DNA of 64,000 nt from Eledone cirrhosa. Its lineage: Eukaryota. Positions 57,574-64,000 of this stretch are shown here, piece by piece. The notes under the pieces were generated by a model. The model was not told where the DNA came from. It ran no database searches and worked only from the letters and a program-made list of their open reading frames with translations. The number at the start of each line of letters is the position of its first letter. Within the stretch, counting starts at the first letter, position 1. The position numbers and the translations under genes are program-made. The DNA lies in contig OZ024740.1 of assembly GCA_964016885.1 (NCBI GenBank), positions 56,854,001 through 56,918,000 of the forward strand, written 5' to 3'.

Positions 57574-57662
<89 letters not shown>

Positions 57663-58025
57663 ACAACTACATTTACTAAAATTCTACATTCAAACAATTA
57701 TTTGGATGCTAACCAAATTTACCAATATCGTCTCATAATCTACACCGCCTCCATACCTTTTATTGAAGAATTTTTTACTGTGTTGACAGCTTTCAAATTC
57801 TGTTTGAGGAGGATCTTGAAGTACTAATCAGCTCTACAATTATTATACACATGCGTGTTGTGTTTATGTTTGTGTGTACGTGTACGGGGGTGTGTTTCTA
57901 TTATATTAGGGATGTGTATGAATATATGAATGGTCTTGTTTCGAATATTTGGTTCTTTTAATCTATATTTAGCAACGTAACGCAAGTAACGCACACACAC
58001 ATATATGTATATGCATACACACACC

Positions 58026-58099
<74 letters not shown>

Positions 58100-58185
58100 C
58101 ACCGTATACGAAGAACATTTAAATGCTATAAACCTAATTAAATATTCTAAATAGCAACTCACTATAATTCTATATCTACTAGATT

Positions 58186-58893
58186 GAAACTAGTACATCG
58201 TTCCTTTGTCAGTGTTGAAGAAAAGTGCAACGATGGTTGCTAAACACTGTACGGCTTAATTCGGGATGTTTGTTTACAAACACACCGAGCATTATAATAA
58301 ATGTTCGGTGAATCCATACGTACATATATATATATGTGTTTCATGTATGTAGATATATACATACTACTGTACGTCTGTATACATATATGTATGTACGTAT
58401 ACATACTTATATTTAAGTAACAGCCGTACTAAGAGTGAGAAATGAAATATTTCGTTTCATTTTTTCCCGTTTATCGTTTTCGGTGCGCCCGGCCGATTAA
58501 CTCACTCGATATGCAAATTAGGCTGCTCAGCCGTTAATATGCATAAGGAAAGTATATACTTTCAGACGTTCAATCATCTGGCAGGAAGGTATACGGTGCT
58601 GACGATAGCTAATAAGCTTGAAACTAGTACATTGTTCCTTTGTCAGTGTTGAACAAAAGGGCAACGATGGTTGCTAAGCACTGTACGGCTTAATTCGGGA
58701 TGTTTGTTTACAAACAAACCGAGCATTATAATAAATGTTCGGTTAATGCATACGTACATATATATATGTGTGCATGTATGTATACATACTACTGAACGTC
58801 TGTATACATATATGTATGTACGTATACATACTTATATTTAAGTAACAGCCGTACTAAGAGTGAGAAATGAAATTTCGTTTAATTTTTTCCGTT
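58186..58893 (+). repeat. 1.6 units of the hammerhead repeat family (intact motif 58594-58634, half motif at 58186)
   Basis: Unit length 434 bp between the GAAACTAGTA motifs; octamer ATGCAAAT at 58511. Confidence 0.88.
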
Positions 58894-58940
<47 letters not shown>

Positions 58941-59714
58941 TTATCTGTATGTGTGTATATATATGTTTGTTTGTGTGTGTGTATATGTGAGTATATGTGT
59001 ATGAGTGATTATATATGAGTGTGTGTACATGTATGAGTATGTGCATACACATATATATATATATATGTGGGTATAGGTGTATATGTGTAAATATAGATAT
59101 GTATTAATATATGTGTATATGATTATGTGCACATGTGTAAATGTGTATTTATGTTTGCACCTATTTATGCGTATGTATATTTTTAGTTGGGTATCAATGT
59201 AACTATACCTCTCTATATATAATGTGGATATATGCACTTTGTGATCTATGAAATTTATACGTTTTGACTATGCCAACATGTATTTATCTGAGTTTAATTA
59301 TTTATACATAAACATACTTGATATTATTTTAGAGCGTATCATACGCTGTATTATACTAAGTGCAATTTACCACACCGTACTATATTGTGTTAGTTATATT
59401 ATATTATTGCATTACTGTATTTCATTATCTTATAATTTTCATCTTTTAATATACTATCTTTCCTAGCCATGACCTTAATTTATATTCACCTAAAAACTCC
59501 ATACAACACTAATCATCATTTATTTTTACATTCCTTTTAAACTTCACTATACCAGATACATTCAACTATCAATATGACAATCCCTTTCCTCCTAATAGAT
59601 TTGTTATGGCAATTCTACTAACACCATTCAAGCATTCCTGTCAAAGGGTCATAACCTCAACTAAAGTGAATTACTTTTCATCTTAACATCATATGAAAAA
59701 AACAATTGTTTTAA

Positions 59715-59810
<96 letters not shown>

Positions 59811-59823
59811 AGTTAAAACAATG

Positions 59824-59882
<59 letters not shown>

Positions 59883-59895
59883 AGTTAAAACAATG

Positions 59896-59969
<74 letters not shown>

Positions 59970-59976
59970 TTATTTA

Positions 59977-60021
<45 letters not shown>

Positions 60022-62224
60022 CGAAGGAAATGTGGTAGGGAACCAGGTGGACCATAACGCACCAAAGTACTCAATACTTGAGGTAGTAGAGTGGGTAATA
60101 GGAACCAGTAAGACCCCGACAGGGTGAGGGGGAGTGGGGAGTGAGAGGGTGAGGGGGAGTGAGATAGACAGATTGATATAGATAGATATTATTGAATATA
60201 AGAAAATTAACTGTGATACTTAGAAGACCAGAGCAGGCATAAATGCATGAGGACATTTTAGGAAGGCAGTCATTTTAATGGTTTACATATATCGCCTCTT
60301 TTATTTGTCTAAGTTTCCACCTTAGCGCTTTACTAAGTATGAAAATGTTATTCGACTGCATTATAATTTCTCTTTTCTTGTGACACATCTGTTCAACTAT
60401 TATTTTATTAAACTGCTTCTCATCTAATTAAGGTTTTTATAATGTTCCGCTATGTCAGCTTGAGGTTTAATTCTGTTTCTACTTTATATCATATGCAAAT
60501 GCATGGAATAATACAGATATAGCTTTAGTCACTCATACATATATTTAACATTAGTGTCAATTATATAGATTTAACGAAATCTAAAGTTATATTTGAACAA
60601 AGGATTTTACTGTTATATGTGCTGCAGATTCTCTGAAAATGTTTTAGACTGTTGCAATTAGAGGCATGTTTGAGTTTAATCTCAACTTATTGTTTAAGAG
60701 TGACTGGCGGTCTTATTAATTAATTCATCTTTAAAAAATTAATATCTCTTTCATTGACTCTATGTGTTTCAATCACTAAACACGTTTGCAGATCTTGTCT
60801 TTCTAAGTTCGATAAATCAAGTCCCTCTTTAACTTCAGGCTAACAATGATTAGCTTTATGCCGAATCGAAATAAGTTCATTTTTAATTAGCCTTTATAGT
60901 GTTAACATCAGAAATATACATTGTAAATGTCAATAAGTTTGTCTTAGCAGGTACTTCTTCTTAAATTGTTATAGAAAGTTATTCTTCCTTGCAAGCATAT
61001 GAATATTGCAAGACATGCAGCATATTTGATTATATCTTAGTTTATTAAAAATTCTATGAAATTCAACACAATGTTAAAAATCTTTAAAATCTTTTTAATG
61101 CTAAACAATACTATAATAAAGGACTGTAGTAGCCTTCCATGAGATTGGCAGTATCAGTAGAAGGTCGGACGCCATGCTTTGCAGCATAGAGTTATGCCCC
61201 TTTATGGTATGAGTTCAAATCCCGCCGAGGTTAACTTTGCCTTTCATCCTTACGGGGTCGATAAAATAAAGTACCAATCACGCACTGGGGTCGATTTAAT
61301 CGACTTTCCCCTCCCAAAATTGCTGGCCTCGTGCCTATATAAGAAACCATTATCTAATATTTTAGAGCGTTGTAAGGGCGGTTGGCAGTATCGGTGGAGC
61401 GTCGGATAGCATGCTTTATGGCATAGAGTTACGTCCCTTTACGATCTGAGTTCAAATCCTGCCGAGATGAGCTTTGCTTTTCATCCTTACGGGGTCGATA
61501 AAATAAGTACCATTAATGAATTGGGATCGATTTAGCCGACTTTCCCTTCATCCAAAATTATCGGCCTTGTGCCTAATCAGTAACCAATAATTTAGAGCAT
61601 TGTACATATGCTTTATAGTATTTGATACGGCGTTTTACGTTCTTAGTTCAAATCCTGTCGAAGTTAACATTGACTTTCATCCACCTTGAATCGATAAAAT
61701 ATAATGCTAGTCTAATATTGCAATCGATATAGTTGGCTTCCCCCCACTCCACCCCAAATTGCTGGTTTTGTGCTTAAATGAGAAACAATTAATATCTACT
61801 ATTTATAACTTGAATAATAGGTTTTTAGCAGCAAATTGACAAAATGATTTACAGTATCCAATTCTTATTCCTCACTAGTCTGAAACGACCCTCAATTCCT
61901 GTTACATATAAGTACCAGTAAAATACTGGTGCCAACTTAATCAATTATATCTTCTCCATTTTGCTATTCTTCTATATTTTTGCGCCCTGTAAGAAAATAT
62001 TCCAATATTAATTTCAATAGAATCCTTAATCGGTAATTAATTTTCTCATTTTATCTTATGTAAATAGATACTCATTGACAAATATAAATTACTCATGTCA
62101 CATTATCACAGTCTAATCAACTTCTATAAAGTGCAACGCAATTATGATATGTGAATTTAATCGAGCTGCTATCTATGGTGGCTTAGAACAACAATAAACT
62201 TTGCTTGTGTTCAGACATGTGGTA

Positions 62225-63060
62225 CATAAAAAATATTATAACGACGTCCCTCCTCCTTCTCCCCCTGCTGACGTCAAGTCTACCCAAACCATTTGGGATG
62301 CCATCCAGTGCAGCCTGGCTTCAGACAGGCTCACGCGCCAGCTCAACCAGCACCACCTTACCTGTTTTCGTGCGGCCTCCAAACCCCACAGTGGTACCTG
62401 AGTCCATGCCTTTCACTCCTTCTCCACTGGCACGCAGCTGGATAACAGTAGCCTGCGCATCGGCGTTTCCTTGAGGCTTGTCCTCCGTATCTGCGAGCCA
62501 CACCTATGTCGCTGTGGATCCACCATGGACTCTTTTGGCCTCCACCCACTTTCCTGTCGCCACAATGCCGGCCACCTTCCATGCCATGCTTCCCTCAACG
62601 AGGTCATAAAGCATGGTTTGGACCCTGCAGATTTCCCTTCCCATCTCGAGCCGGTGGGGCTGGGCCGAGGAGACGGCAAAAAGCCAGATAGCATGACCAT
62701 CTTCCCGTTCCGCGGTGGCAAACCCCTCGTCTGATATGCCACTGACACCGACACTTTCTCCAGCCGCAACCTGGTGCAGTCTACGATTAACCCAGGTTCT
62801 GCTGCACGTCGGGCTGAGATGGCCAAACTCTTCAAATACCAGTCGCTCTCCGACAGGTTTGCGGTTGTACCCTTGGCAGTGGAGACTTCTGGTGTCCTCG
62901 GCCCTAGGGCTACCTCCCTACTCCCCACCATAGGTGCCAAGTTGGCCAGCCGCAGGTGTGAGCCTCGTGAGGTGGAATCGCTTTTCCAGTGCTTCTCCCT
63001 TGCCATCTTCCGGGGAAACGCCTTCTCTTTTCTGTCCGCCGGGGCTGTGGGGAGGCCACC
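62225..63060 (+). mobile_element. CRE-like RLE non-LTR retrotransposon 3' fragment
   Basis: CRCG..MDSFGLHPLSC (CCHC), HASLNEVIK, LEPVGL..DGKKPD, PLAVETSG. Confidence 0.82.
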
Positions 63061-64000
63061 GATATGATTGACTGACTTGTCATTTTATCAGTCAGATACT
63101 TTCTTCCTGATATTAATTTCTTTGGCAGTATCGGTAGAGGGTCGGACGCCATGCTTTGATGCATAGAGTTACGGCCCTTGCTATTCTGAGTTCAAATCCC
63201 GCCGAGGTTAACTTTGCCTTTCATCCTTACGGGGTCGATAAAATAAAGTACCAGTAATGTACTGGGTAATTTCTGGCCTTGTGCCAATAGTAGAAACAAT
63301 TAATTTCTTTGGGTTGGATTGGCAGTATCGGTAGAGAGTCGGACGCCATGCTTTCCAGCATAGTTACATCCCTTTACGTTCTGAGTTCAATCCCGACGAG
63401 GTTAACTTTGCCTTTCATCCTTACGGGGTCGATAAAATAAAGTACCAGTAATGCACTGGGTAATTGCTGGCCTTGTGCCTAAAGTAGAAACAATTAATTT
63501 CTTTACGTTTAGCCACACTCGAGTATTCGTCTATTTTCATTCATACCCATGTATACAGGGATGTTTTCGTGATTAATTCTATTCTGTGCATAAATTGTTA
63601 GACATTAAATGATACAAAATTATTTAATTTATGTTATTAATTGAGATACATATGAAATACGATACGAATTTAAGTTGAGACGAAAACAGATGAAATGTAA
63701 AATTTTAGGGGAAAATATAGAAAACCCCGTGTAATATAATTGTTCCTACTTTTGGCACAAGGCCAGCAATTATCCAGTGCATTACTGGTACTTTATTTTA
63801 TCGACCCCGTAAGGATGAAAGGCAAAGTTAACCTCGAAGGGATTTGATCTCAGAACGTAAAGGGCCATAACTCTATGCTGTAAAGCATGGTGTCTGACAC
63901 TGCCGATACTGCAAATTCACCGCCCTTCGTGTAATATAATGGTTAACAAATTTATCTGGTTAACGAGAGGTGTCTCGTTTGAGTTCCTTTGTAGTTTGCC

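Overview
AT-rich, repeat-dense animal genomic DNA; the SINE, LINE and microsatellite content suggests octopus or another cephalopod (inference). The only host gene I can reconstruct is the 5' part of a minus-strand RIM/Fife/Piccolo-type Rab-effector gene. It has three coding exons (25070-25090, 12630-12862, about 432-645) that splice in frame to give MASFVKK|VFGF...PDLTGLTNEEIQILTDVFRRQ...|RNIK...CQLC...CCDC...CHKC. The rest is intronic or upstream sequence filled with transposons: a near full-length Tx1/L1 LINE plus two fragments, about 35 tRNA-derived SINE copies, CRE, RTE, R4 and CR1 relics, a Helitron, hAT and pogo MITEs, and several Penelope-like elements. The most striking signal, found by eye, is a dense set of type I hammerhead ribozyme motifs. 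These include a retrozyme-like tandem array of about 0.5 kb units with a hammerhead and an octamer motif per unit (47.7-52 kb, relatives at 39.7 and 58.2 kb), a second 315-bp tandem with a U3-A8 variant core, and several motifs with long stem II inserts. All structures were assigned manually; no folding or database search was run.
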